Below are positions 18,994 through 28,294 of a stretch of 64,000 bases of DNA, in pieces. Made by a program: the position numbers and the translations under genes. Numbering within the stretch: the stretch's first letter is position 1; each line of letters starts with the position of its first letter. This DNA comes from Candidatus Solibacter usitatus (GTDB lineage Bacteria > Acidobacteriota > Terriglobia > Bryobacterales > Bryobacteraceae), in the NCBI GenBank assembly GCA_016191645.1, contig JACPVQ010000044.1, positions 1,371 through 65,370 of the forward strand, read 5' to 3'. The notes beneath the pieces were generated by a model. It did not search any database and was not told the DNA's origin. It saw only the letters and a list, made by a program, of their open reading frames with translations.

Positions 18994-20808
18994 TCACGAC
19001 CTGCGAACCGTGACCACCGTGATGTCGTCGTTCTGGCCGAACTCCCTTGCCGTGCCGGCGATTCGCGCGGCCGCCGCCCCGCTGATCGCGCGAGTCCGGT
19101 CGAATCCAAAGAGTTCTCCCGTTGGTCCCGCCGCTTCCACCACGCCATCCGACAGGAAGGTCAGTTGATCCCCCGGGGCCAATTGGATCTCAGTCTCCTC
19201 GTAAATGGCCCCAGGGAGAATGCCCAGCGGAAGTCCGCCGTCCAGGTCCACTTCGGTTCCGTTGCGATATGGATTCAGGTGTCCCGCATTCGCCATCCGA
19301 ACGGTGCCGCCCGGTTCCAGCCGCGCGCAGCAGCAGGTGACGAAACCGCCGTCGAGATGGCCCGCCAACGCGTTGTTCAACGCCGAAAGGACACTGGCCG
19401 GAGTCCGGTCCCGCACCATACGCAGGGACCCGACGATCTCCGAAACATGCATCGCAGCTTTCAGACCTTTACCCGATACATCGCCGACCACCACCAGACG
19501 CGCGTCGCCATCCTCAAGAATGCGATAGAAGTCGCCACCCACTTCATGCGCCGGGTAGCATACGGAGTCGGTGGTGAACTCGCCCTGTGCGGGAGCCGCG
19601 GCGGAAAGCATCAACTGCTGGATCTCCCTGGCCGCCTGAAGCTCACCGGCCATTCGCTGCTTTTCGCCCTTGTCGCGAAGCAGCCGCCCCAAGGTGTCAA
19701 ACAGCATTGAGACGATCACCACGACGGACACCGTTCCTAGCGGTAAGAGAACGTGTCGAAAGTTGATCGCGACAGGGAGGAGCCCAATTCCCAAGTCGTT
19801 GACCGAAATCAAATTCAATCGCAACACGGCGTATAGCAGGATGAGGAAGGCAATCAGCCGCTTCTTCCGGTCCCCTTGTAGTGCGCGCGCACCCCAGAAT
19901 GCCAAAAGGGCCACGGGCAAGATCGCCGGTGAGATGGGTAACGGCAACCATACAAGCAGCGCGGACAACAGTGCCGGGACCCAAATGAACCAGCGCCAAA
20001 ATCCGATTCGGATGACCAGCACCGCCATCGCATACTCGGAGAACCCGATGATCTGGATGGCAGCCGCCGCGTTGTAGAGCGTCGCGATGGCAGCGTGCGA
20101 AGTATTAAGAAGATAATCCGGCAGCGGGATCAGCATGAGGATCCCGCTGGCCCCAAAGCAGAACACCGCCAACCAGAAAAGTTCGCGCCACTCGCGCGCC
20201 CTCCGGTAGGTCCAGATGAGATAGCAGGCGGCGAAGAGGAGAAATAGAGATTGGGGGAGATACCATGTCATGCGGATCGTCATCCGCATCCTCGCTGCCA
20301 TCTCCAGTTCGACGGCGGCTATCGCTGGGGCGATAAGATACGGTCCGAAATCTTTTGCCCGTTGCGCACCCGTCCAAACCAGACGCGCCGGACGCCAGAT
20401 GCGCAGAGCTACCACCGTGTTGGCCGGCCTGAGAATCTCTGGCGCGAGTGCAAACACGCGCGGTTCGACGTACGGCGGATTGTTCGTTCCGAAGCCCGGC
20501 GTTGTCGCAATGCGCAAGCCGTTGACATAAACCTCGTACGACTCGTTCACGCTTCCAATGACGAGCGCCGCATCCTGCCCATCCACAATTGCGGGAGTCC
20601 GCAGCGTGCGGCGCAGCCAATAGACACCGAGTTTCCGATCGACCTCCCATGGCAGGCGTGCCGAACTCCAACCGCTGTCGTCGAAGTTTACGTCCGCATA
20701 GCGCGGGTTGTCATCTTTGCTGATGCGCCAATCGCCGGAGAGATCGGCGTATTGTGCGAAGGCAGAACTGGCGCAGGCCAAGAGCAGCGCGAGCCAGTGA
20801 GAAACCAT
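18994..20808 (-). CDS. Membrane PP2C/SpoIIE phosphatase with extracellular galactose-binding-like domain
   Basis: Signal; DLSGDWR..DD....FDDSGW...YWLRR...VYVNG (GH2 N-terminal-like); several TM helices; EVGGDFY, GDVSGKG, NAGH, SDGVVEA, DDIT. Confidence 0.88.
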   Translation of the reverse strand: MVSHWLALLLACASSAFAQYADLSGDWRISKDDNPRYADVNFDDSGWSSARLPWEVDRKLGVYWLRRTLRTPAIVDGQDAALVIGSVNESYEVYVNGLRIATTPGFGTNNPPYVEPRVFALAPEILRPANTVVALRIWRPARLVWTGAQRAKDFGPYLIAPAIAAVELEMAARMRMTIRMTWYLPQSLFLLFAACYLIWTYRRAREWRELFWLAVFCFGASGILMLIPLPDYLLNTSHAAIATLYNAAAAIQIIGFSEYAMAVLVIRIGFWRWFIWVPALLSALLVWLPLPISPAILPVALLAFWGARALQGDRKKRLIAFLILLYAVLRLNLISVNDLGIGLLPVAINFRHVLLPLGTVSVVVIVSMLFDTLGRLLRDKGEKQRMAGELQAAREIQQLMLSAAAPAQGEFTTDSVCYPAHEVGGDFYRILEDGDARLVVVGDVSGKGLKAAMHVSEIVGSLRMVRDRTPASVLSALNNALAGHLDGGFVTCCCARLEPGGTVRMANAGHLNPYRNGTEVDLDGGLPLGILPGAIYEETEIQLAPGDQLTFLSDGVVEAAGPTGELFGFDRTRAISGAAAARIAGTAREFGQNDDITVVTVRRS

Positions 20809-20827
20809 AGGGTTCCAGGGAAAGAAC

Positions 20828-23233
20828 TTAGGCGATGTCGAACTTTTCCGGATGCAGCGTATTGTCGCCGGTCACCAGAACGGGGCGTTTGAACAACTCC
20901 TCGAGTTCTTCCAGGTAGTCGTTCTCGCGCGATTTGAGCGCGACCGCGACGCCGGGGTGGACACGCAGCATGATCTCCTTGCCTTCGAAATGGGCGGAGA
21001 GCTTTTGCGCCTCCACAAGGATCTCGCTGATGACGGTTTGCACGCTCTTCGTGTAGCCCGAGCCTTCGCAGGTGGGACATGGCGAACAGAGCGTGCGTTC
21101 CAGGCTCTGCTTCACGCGCTTGCGCGTAATGGCGACAAGTCCGAAATCGTTGAACTGGAGGATTTTGTTCGGCGCGCGGTCGGCGCGCATAGCTTCTTCC
21201 AGCGCCTGCATCACCTTCTGGCGATTCTTGCGCTCATCCATGTCGATGAAATCCACCACGATAATGCCGCCCAGATCGCGCAGGCGAATCTGCCGCACAA
21301 TCTCCTTGACGGCATCGGTGTTGGTCTTGACGATGGTGTCTTCCAGGCGGTGCGACTTGCCGACGTACTTGCCGGTATTGATGTCGATCGCCACCAACGC
21401 CTCGGTCTGATTGATGACGATGTAGCCGCCGGTTTTCAGCCAAACTTTCGGCCGCAGCGCTTTTTCCAACTCGCTGGTAATGCCGAAGGCATCGAAGATG
21501 GGCACGTCACGCGTGTATAGCTTTACGCGCGCCGCCATCGCGGCATTGGAGCGTCCCACGAAACGCAGCACGCTTTCGTAAACTTCTTCGTTGTCCACCC
21601 AGATGGCTTTGAAGTTGTCGGTAAGCTGATCGCGCAACAGTCGCTGCACCACTTCCACATCGTGGTAGAGCAGCGCCGGAGCCCGCTGTTTATCGGCCTT
21701 CTGCTTGATCTCCTGCCACAATTGCGACAAGTATTGAACGTCGCCGGCAATCTGTTCTTCCGTTTTTCCTTCCCCGGCCGTGCGCATGATAAAGCCGCCG
21801 GGAATTCCTTCGCGATATTTCTGCAGGATGCGGCGCAGGCGCTGGCGTTCTTCATCCGATGCGATCTTGCGGGAAACGCCGAGATGCTCCACGGTAGGCA
21901 TGTAAACGCAATAACGTCCAGGCAGAGCGATGTGCGAGGTAATGCGCGCGCCCTTCTGACCGATGGGCTCTTTGGCCACTTGAACGACAATCTCCTGCCC
22001 TTGCTTCAGCAACTCCGTGATGGACTGCTGCGGGCGATCTTTCGCGTCGCGCGGCTCACGTGGCGGCGGAGGTTGATCTTCCTTCGCTTCCCGCGGCGCC
22101 GGACGCACTTCAACGCTATCCTTACCGCCGCGGCGGCGGCGCATTCTGCGGCCGCGTCCAAAGCGCGAGGTCTGTTCACGCTGCGAGGAGGACATTGCGT
22201 CCCCGGATGCCGGCGTCGCACCGTCCGCGCCCTCAGCAGCGGGAGCTTCGCCTTCCACGCCTTCCGCCAACACTTCCTCACCAAGCTCTTCTTCGCCTTC
22301 GGCGGATTCGGCTTCCGCTGGCTCCGGTTCCCGCACTGCGGCTTCCGCAGATACGGCCGCCGGCTCATCCGATGCCATCTCTTCGGCGCGAGCTTGAATG
22401 GCATCCAACTCCGCTTCACTCAAACCGTGGGCGGTTTCCTCGGCCTGAGGTTCGGAAGGTGGCTCAGCCGGCAGTTCCGGCATCGCCGCCACCGGCTCGA
22501 CAGGCACTGGTTCCGGCACGGAAACTTCCAATGTGGGAGCCTCCGCCGCAATTTCATCCATCGGGCGGCCCGCGTACGTCCTAAGCGATTCGCCGGGCAA
22601 AACGATACGGTCTTCCGGCGCGGTTTCGGCAGCGGGACCCGCCACATGCTCCACCTCTACGGGCTGCGGAGCGTCTACGCGAGGCGGTGGGGCATCCGAG
22701 GATCGGGCATCGGCGTACTTGCTATCCGGGAACCCGCGTCCGCCGCGGCCACGGCGACGGCGTCCACGGCCGCCTCGATCACCGCCACGATCACCGCCGC
22801 GATCACCACCACGATCCCGATCTCTGCGCTCTCCTTGAGCCGCGGGAGCTGCCGCCGCGATTTCGCCTGCCGGCGCGTCACCGGCCGGTGCAGCCGCCGG
22901 CTCCGCAATCTGAGGCCGCGCTTCCTGCCGCGGGGCTTGCTGCTGCCGCTGTTGATGGCGAGGCCGCCTCTCTTCCGGCGCGCTGAGTTCTTCGTACTCA
23001 TCGCTCTCTTCGAAAAAGTCGGTTACGTAGAGAAACGTATCGCGGTCCAATCCCAAATCGACAAACGCCGATTGCATTCCGGGAAGCACCCGTGTCACGC
23101 GCCCTTTGTGGACGCTGCCCGCAAGCGAATACTCCTGCGAACGTTGATAGAAGATTTCGACCAGTTGGTCGTCTTCGAGAAGCGCCACTTTCGTTTCGTG
23201 GCGATTGGCGGAAATCACCAATTCTTTCGTCAT
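20828..23233 (-). CDS. rne: Ribonuclease E/G (Rne/Rng family) with large insertion in the S1 domain
   Basis: GRVTRVLPGMQSAFVDLG, QVAKEPIGQKGARIT, IDINTG, RLRDLGGIIVVDFIDM, CPTC Zn-link. Start ATG 23233 with GGAAGG/AGGA upstream. Confidence 0.95.
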   Translation of the reverse strand: MTKELVISANRHETKVALLEDDQLVEIFYQRSQEYSLAGSVHKGRVTRVLPGMQSAFVDLGLDRDTFLYVTDFFEESDEYEELSAPEERRPRHQQRQQQAPRQEARPQIAEPAAAPAGDAPAGEIAAAAPAAQGERRDRDRGGDRGGDRGGDRGGRGRRRRGRGGRGFPDSKYADARSSDAPPPRVDAPQPVEVEHVAGPAAETAPEDRIVLPGESLRTYAGRPMDEIAAEAPTLEVSVPEPVPVEPVAAMPELPAEPPSEPQAEETAHGLSEAELDAIQARAEEMASDEPAAVSAEAAVREPEPAEAESAEGEEELGEEVLAEGVEGEAPAAEGADGATPASGDAMSSSQREQTSRFGRGRRMRRRRGGKDSVEVRPAPREAKEDQPPPPREPRDAKDRPQQSITELLKQGQEIVVQVAKEPIGQKGARITSHIALPGRYCVYMPTVEHLGVSRKIASDEERQRLRRILQKYREGIPGGFIMRTAGEGKTEEQIAGDVQYLSQLWQEIKQKADKQRAPALLYHDVEVVQRLLRDQLTDNFKAIWVDNEEVYESVLRFVGRSNAAMAARVKLYTRDVPIFDAFGITSELEKALRPKVWLKTGGYIVINQTEALVAIDINTGKYVGKSHRLEDTIVKTNTDAVKEIVRQIRLRDLGGIIVVDFIDMDERKNRQKVMQALEEAMRADRAPNKILQFNDFGLVAITRKRVKQSLERTLCSPCPTCEGSGYTKSVQTVISEILVEAQKLSAHFEGKEIMLRVHPGVAVALKSRENDYLEELEELFKRPVLVTGDNTLHPEKFDIA
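22776..22816 (-). repeat. 12-bp tandem repeat encoding (GGDR)n in RNase E/G
   Basis: CGATCACCGCCA / CGATCACCGCCG / CGATCACCACCA / CGATC. Confidence 0.85.
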
Positions 23234-23250
23234 TCCTAATCCCTTCCATG

Positions 23251-23363
23251 GGACGTGTGCGGACTTGGCCGCAATAGGGCTGACCGGTAGGAACTGGATT
23301 CCGATTCGCGGCAGGGGCCGCGGGCAAACAGCTACTTCAGCCGGCGGAGCAACGCTCCCGTCC
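23251..23363 (-). promoter_or_regulatory. Candidate structured 5'UTR of rne
   Basis: Nested complementary pairs GGACG/CGTCC, GGAGC/GCTCC, GGCTGA/TCAGCC, GTAG/CTAC, CGCGGC/GCCGCG and TGCGG/CCGCA form a closed multibranch fold just upstream of the RBS. Confidence 0.5.
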
Positions 23364-23490
23364 ACGTACTAGCCGCGACACCCGGAACTAAACGCATGCG
23401 CGTTTTCCGCGGCGGGCTCAAAACGCCGGCCTAAAACCTTTTTCAAAATCCTTTTCCAAACTACCCGGAACAACCCGCCACGCCTTTTTT

Positions 23491-24585
23491 CTAATTCACA
23501 TAACGCCGTAAGCGGACGTTGTTCACCAAACCCAGCGTCATGAACGTCGTCAGTACGCTGCAGCCGCCGTAACTCATCAGCGGCATCGGAATTCCTGTTA
23601 CCGGCATTCGGCCAATGACCATGCCGGCGTTCACCAATACGTGGAACAGCAACATCATCGCCGCGCCCATACAGATGAACATCCCCGCCTTGTCGGACGA
23701 GAACCGCGCATTTTGCGTCACCTGCAGGATCAACAGCATGTACAATCCCAATAATACAATCACACCGGCAAACCCATGCTCTTCGGCAAAGGCCGCCATA
23801 ATAAAATCCGTATGCGGCGCCGGCAGAAACCGGAGCTGCGTCTGCGACCCCATGGCGACTCCTTTGCCCCATGCGCCGCCCGAACCCACCGCGATCTTGG
23901 ATTGAATCAACTGGTAGCCCTTTCCTCTTGGGTCCTGTCCCGGATCCACAAAAGTGCTGAGCCGCCGCTTCTGATAATCCAGCAGATAGTAGTTCCATAC
24001 CACCGGAATCAGAACCAATCCAACGACCGCAACCGCCAACCAATGCTGCCATCGCAAACCAAGCAATACAATGCCCGCCATTAGAATGGGAACGAAAGTC
24101 AACGAGGTTCCCAAATCGGGCTGCTTCATCACCAGCGCCATTGGCACGGCAACAAGGCCGCACAACTTCAATAACTGGCCCCTGTCCACCCGGTCGTTTC
24201 GAATGGCCGACAGGTATCTGGCTACCAGCAGGATGATTACCAGTTTAGCGAATTCCGAGATCTGAAAGCTGAATCCACCCGGCAAGGGGATCCAGCGGCG
24301 CGATCCAAAGATCTGCGGGCCCGCCAGGTAAGTGATTAGCAGCAGCACAATGGTGGTTCCATAGAGCAAAGGAACCTGGCCCAGCAGGGTATGGTAATCC
24401 ACGCGGCTAATCAGGTAGGCGAGCAGAATCCCCAACAGGATGGAGAAGGCTTGTTTGCTCCACGCGCCGCGCCAAATGCTGCCGCGCGTGGCGCTGTAGA
24501 TTTGCATCACGCCAACCGCGGAAAGGAACAGCGCGATGCTCCAGATGGTCCAGTCGGAATCGCGAAGGGTTCGTCCGCCGCGCAC
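23491..24585 (-). CDS. rodA: Rod shape-determining SEDS protein RodA
   Basis: GSRRWI, FQISEFAK, QPDLGT, QSKIAVGSGG, HTDFI, MPVTGIPMPLMSYGG; operon context. Confidence 0.97.
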   Translation of the reverse strand: MRGGRTLRDSDWTIWSIALFLSAVGVMQIYSATRGSIWRGAWSKQAFSILLGILLAYLISRVDYHTLLGQVPLLYGTTIVLLLITYLAGPQIFGSRRWIPLPGGFSFQISEFAKLVIILLVARYLSAIRNDRVDRGQLLKLCGLVAVPMALVMKQPDLGTSLTFVPILMAGIVLLGLRWQHWLAVAVVGLVLIPVVWNYYLLDYQKRRLSTFVDPGQDPRGKGYQLIQSKIAVGSGGAWGKGVAMGSQTQLRFLPAPHTDFIMAAFAEEHGFAGVIVLLGLYMLLILQVTQNARFSSDKAGMFICMGAAMMLLFHVLVNAGMVIGRMPVTGIPMPLMSYGGCSVLTTFMTLGLVNNVRLRRYVN

Positions 24586-26490
24586 CTATCGAACCTCCTG
24601 ACCGGCGCCGGGCGGCCGTAGAATCGTTTGCATCGCCACGGTCCTGGCGTTTTGCTCCAGCTTTTTCTTTTTGTCGAAATATGCTTTCACGACGTCGCGC
24701 ACAATAGGCGCGGCACGGTCTCCGTGCACGCCGCCTTCAAACAGCGCAACCACCACAATCTCCGCCGAATCTTTGGGAGCGAAGCCGACAAACCACGCAT
24801 TATCGGCATAATCCCGATTGGTCTTATTGGCTTTGCTGAGGTCGAGCGAAACCACCTGCGCGCTGCCCGTCTTGCCGCACATCTCGATACCGGGAATACG
24901 CGCGCGCGCCGCGGTGCCGCCGGCGTTCACCACGCCGCTCATCCCTTGAATCACTCTGAGCAGATGGTCCGCGCCGAGTGAGGCCTTGTGGGCAGCGGCC
25001 GTGCTTTGCGCCTCCTTCACCAGATGCGGGCGGTGCCAAACGCCTCCCGCCGCAAGGCCGCCGATGGCGCGCGCCAGTTGCAGCGGCGTGACGGTCAAAG
25101 CGCCCTGCCCAATGGCCACGGAGATGGTTTCCCCGGCGTACCATTTTTCGCGCTGCGTGCGTACCTTCCAACGCTTGGAAGGGACGAGCCCGGCCAATTC
25201 GTAAGGAAGGTCGATGCCGGACTTGACGCCGAGTCCCGCCATCTCCGCGTAGCGGGCAATATTGTCGATACCCGTCCGGTGACCCGTGGCGTAGAAAAAC
25301 ACGTCGCACGACTTGGAGATGGCCTCGTTCAAGCGGATGGGACCGTGGCCGCCTTTTTGATGGCAGGCGTGCGTAACTCCATAATAAGTAGCCGCGCCGG
25401 TACACGTCACCGCGTAATTGTCTTCAATGGATCCCGTTTCCAATGCCGCAAGGGCCACCACGGGTTTGAAGGTCGAACCCGGGGCAAGCTGCGCCTGCAG
25501 GGCGCGATTCAAAAGCGGCTTGCCGGGATTGGAGACAATCTCTTTCCAACTTGCAGTGGAGATGCGTCCCGACATTTTGTTGGCATCGTAAACCGGGTGG
25601 CTCACCAGCGCGAGCACTTCCCCATTACGCGGGTCCAGGGCGACCACGGAACCGCGGCGGCCCTCCATGGCGAGTTCGGCGACCACTTGCAGATCCAGAT
25701 CCACGGTGAGCTGCAGATTGCGGCCCGGCTCGGCGGGCTTGTAACCCAGCACCAGGCGCTCATTGCCGCGATTGTCCACCATCACCTGGCGCTGGCCATC
25801 AATGCCGCTCAGCAGGTCGTTGTACTGGCGCTCGATGCCGGCCTTGCCGACAATATCGCCCGGTTTGCTTCTGCCGAATTGATCGCTATTCAATTCGTTG
25901 TCGCTGATTTCTCCGACGTATCCCGTTACGTGGGAAGCGAGACCTTCGGCCGGATAAACGCGCGTGTGCGATTCGACGATCTCCATTTCGGGAAACGTTT
26001 CGGGGTCGCGGTGCGAATCGGCAAATGCCAGTTCGGCCGCGGTCAACTCATCCTTGATCGGCATGGGCTCGTATTTAGGACGAGTGCGATCGAAGCGCTT
26101 CAACTTCGCCTCAAGCTCTTCGTAATCGAGATTCAGACCTTCGGCGATCGGTTTCAGATGCGCGTGCTTCAACGTTTCCCGCGACAGAAGCAGCCGGTAG
26201 GAAGCGTGATTATCGACAATCACCCGTCCGTCACGATCGAGGATCTTTCCCCGCGGCGCCATCAGGGGTACGGACTTAATGCGGTTCCGGTCCGCCGCTT
26301 CGACGTAATAGTCGCCGCTGCGAATCTGCAATTCCCAGAAGCCGAAAACCAAAAACAGGAATACGGCGCAAATCAGGTAGTACGACGCGGTAATCCTACG
26401 TTCCGCGAATTTCGTATCTTCGCGTAACAGACGCCGGCTGTCGATGCGGCTATCATCTTCCTGGCCCGGGGGAAACTGCGGCTTCACCAC
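24586..26490 (-). CDS. mrdA: Penicillin-binding protein 2
   Basis: APRGKILDRDG, STFK, SCD and KTGS active-site motifs; between mreD and rodA. Confidence 0.96.
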   Translation of the reverse strand: MVKPQFPPGQEDDSRIDSRRLLREDTKFAERRITASYYLICAVFLFLVFGFWELQIRSGDYYVEAADRNRIKSVPLMAPRGKILDRDGRVIVDNHASYRLLLSRETLKHAHLKPIAEGLNLDYEELEAKLKRFDRTRPKYEPMPIKDELTAAELAFADSHRDPETFPEMEIVESHTRVYPAEGLASHVTGYVGEISDNELNSDQFGRSKPGDIVGKAGIERQYNDLLSGIDGQRQVMVDNRGNERLVLGYKPAEPGRNLQLTVDLDLQVVAELAMEGRRGSVVALDPRNGEVLALVSHPVYDANKMSGRISTASWKEIVSNPGKPLLNRALQAQLAPGSTFKPVVALAALETGSIEDNYAVTCTGAATYYGVTHACHQKGGHGPIRLNEAISKSCDVFFYATGHRTGIDNIARYAEMAGLGVKSGIDLPYELAGLVPSKRWKVRTQREKWYAGETISVAIGQGALTVTPLQLARAIGGLAAGGVWHRPHLVKEAQSTAAAHKASLGADHLLRVIQGMSGVVNAGGTAARARIPGIEMCGKTGSAQVVSLDLSKANKTNRDYADNAWFVGFAPKDSAEIVVVALFEGGVHGDRAAPIVRDVVKAYFDKKKKLEQNARTVAMQTILRPPGAGQEVR

Positions 26491-27023
26491 TATCCTCTGT
26501 CTCTCAGTTTATCCAACAATAGGAAGAGAGGCGCGGCCACCAATGCGTTGAGCACGCCAAGCAGCAGCACCCGGCCCGGATCGAAGCTAACGGGCAGACC
26601 CAGCAGTGCGCGCTGCAGCGTCCAGTAGAGAAACTGATGACCGAGATAGAAGGCAAATGCGACGCCAATGCGCAGCATCGCCGTCTCTGAGGCGAAACGC
26701 TGGCTGAAACCCGCTGCCAAATAACCCACCAGCGTCTTCACGATGCCGAACATTCCCAGCGGCTGGTCGGATAGCGCGTCCTGGACCAACCCAATCCCCG
26801 CGCCTAGAAACAGACCGGCAATGGGTGAGCGGCGCATGAACGCGAAGTAGATGGTCACCAGCAGCGGCAGATCGAGAAACGCCAGGTAGGCGACAAAGCG
26901 CGGAACGTAGATCTGAAAAAGGATGGCCAGCAGCGGCGTTAGAAAAAGAACCAGCGGTTGATACTTGGAGATGGTTCCGCGCGGCTTGCCGGTGACAATC
27001 ACACGGTCGTTGAAATCACTCAT
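26490..27023 (-). CDS. mreD: Rod shape-determining protein MreD
   Basis: Hydrophobic multi-TM protein with GLVQDALS motif, between mreC and mrdA. Confidence 0.92.
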   Translation of the reverse strand: MSDFNDRVIVTGKPRGTISKYQPLVLFLTPLLAILFQIYVPRFVAYLAFLDLPLLVTIYFAFMRRSPIAGLFLGAGIGLVQDALSDQPLGMFGIVKTLVGYLAAGFSQRFASETAMLRIGVAFAFYLGHQFLYWTLQRALLGLPVSFDPGRVLLLGVLNALVAAPLFLLLDKLRDRG

Positions 27024-27033
27024 GCGTCGCGCT

Positions 27034-28083
27034 TCATCGCTGTCCCGCGGGAGGGGACGCCGTGGTGGAGGAAAAATCGGGCAGGCGTCCGCCTTCGCCG
27101 AACTTCACGCCGGAGGTCTCGCCGAGCTTGCGCACTTTTTCGCGGATGCGGTCGGCGTCAGTGGTGGGGGCGGTGACGGTGTTTCCCGCATTGGGGACTT
27201 CCTGGCGCGCTCCCGGTGTCGTCATTAAATGATAGGGCAGCGGTTCCGCTTTTTCCCCCGGCAGGGGTTGATGCACTCCTCCCACAACGATGAGTACTTC
27301 TTCCAGTCCGAGTTGGAAGGCGCTGGGGGCGACAAAGATCTCTTTGTAGTTTCGTCCCGGGCGAACCACTTTCACCTCGCCCACTAGAAGGCCTTTGGGG
27401 AAGATACGATCATCCCCGGAGGTGTAAAACTTCTCGCCCACTTCCACGCGCAATTCCGACGGGACGTAATCCACCACCAACGTTCCGTGACCCTGACCCT
27501 TTGCCGTGCCATGAACGCGGAATCTCTCCGATACCACGCCGGCCGCGAAGCTGGAATCGGTAAGCAGCATGACCTGCGAAGCGGTGGGGTAGACCGAGAT
27601 CACTTTTCCGGCGATGCCGTCGGGAGTAATGACGGCCATGCCGGGACGCAGACCGGAATTCGATCCGCGATCGACGTAGACGACCTTTGCATTCGTGCCG
27701 GCGGCGTTGGCGACAATGCTGGCGGCAAGCGTCTTCAACGGAGTGGCGGTCTGGAAGATGGCGAGTACGCGGGCGCGGTCCGCCTTGGCCATTTCCGCTT
27801 TCAGGATTTGGTTCTCCAGTTTGTAGCCGTCCATCTCCGTTCGCAATTTCCGGTTTTCCTCGCGGGCGTTGAGAAGGACGAGGTAGTCCTTCAGGAATCC
27901 GGAGGTGCCGCCGCGCACCATTTCCACCACGCGCGCGAAGGGTGTGACCGCCGTTATCGCCCAGATTCGCAGCAGGCGCATGTCCTGCCCGGTCTTCACC
28001 TGATAGGCCAGCAACACCAACTGCGCCGCCAGGATGACCAATAGCGTAGTGAGGTTTTTGTAGCGCTGAAGGATGAATTCCAT
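27034..28083 (-). CDS. mreC: Rod shape-determining protein MreC
   Basis: TM helix, coiled coil, VDRGSNSGLRPGMAVITPDGIAGKV, TSGDD.IFPKGLLVG. Confidence 0.95.
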   Translation of the reverse strand: MEFILQRYKNLTTLLVILAAQLVLLAYQVKTGQDMRLLRIWAITAVTPFARVVEMVRGGTSGFLKDYLVLLNAREENRKLRTEMDGYKLENQILKAEMAKADRARVLAIFQTATPLKTLAASIVANAAGTNAKVVYVDRGSNSGLRPGMAVITPDGIAGKVISVYPTASQVMLLTDSSFAAGVVSERFRVHGTAKGQGHGTLVVDYVPSELRVEVGEKFYTSGDDRIFPKGLLVGEVKVVRPGRNYKEIFVAPSAFQLGLEEVLIVVGGVHQPLPGEKAEPLPYHLMTTPGARQEVPNAGNTVTAPTTDADRIREKVRKLGETSGVKFGEGGRLPDFSSTTASPPAGQR

Positions 28084-28140
28084 CCGTAAGCCACTATCTT
28101 CTCACGGGCCGCGCCGAACTACTACTCTCTGAAAATCTGT

Positions 28141-28273
28141 GTGGGGCAGGTCTCCAGACCTGCGGCGGGATCTCCAGATCCCGCATGGCCTCGTCAGAGG
28201 CCATCGGCTGCGACGCAGCCGCCTCAGAGAATACAGGTACTTCCGGCAGAGGCGATCTGGAGACCTGCCCCAC
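28141..28273. repeat. REP/REPIN-like element, copy 2 (inverted, internal deletion)
   Basis: Same GTGGGGCAGGTCTCCAG.../...CTGGAGACCTGCCCCAC ends; opposite orientation to copy 1; two adjacent hairpins collapsed into one. Confidence 0.92.
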
Positions 28274-28294
28274 CGTAGGGAAGATTTCGGATGG

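Noticed and set aside
23234..23365. Extended rne N-terminus from GTG 23365
   Set aside because: The family N-terminus (MTKELVI) and RBS indicate ATG 23233; the region is better explained as UTR.
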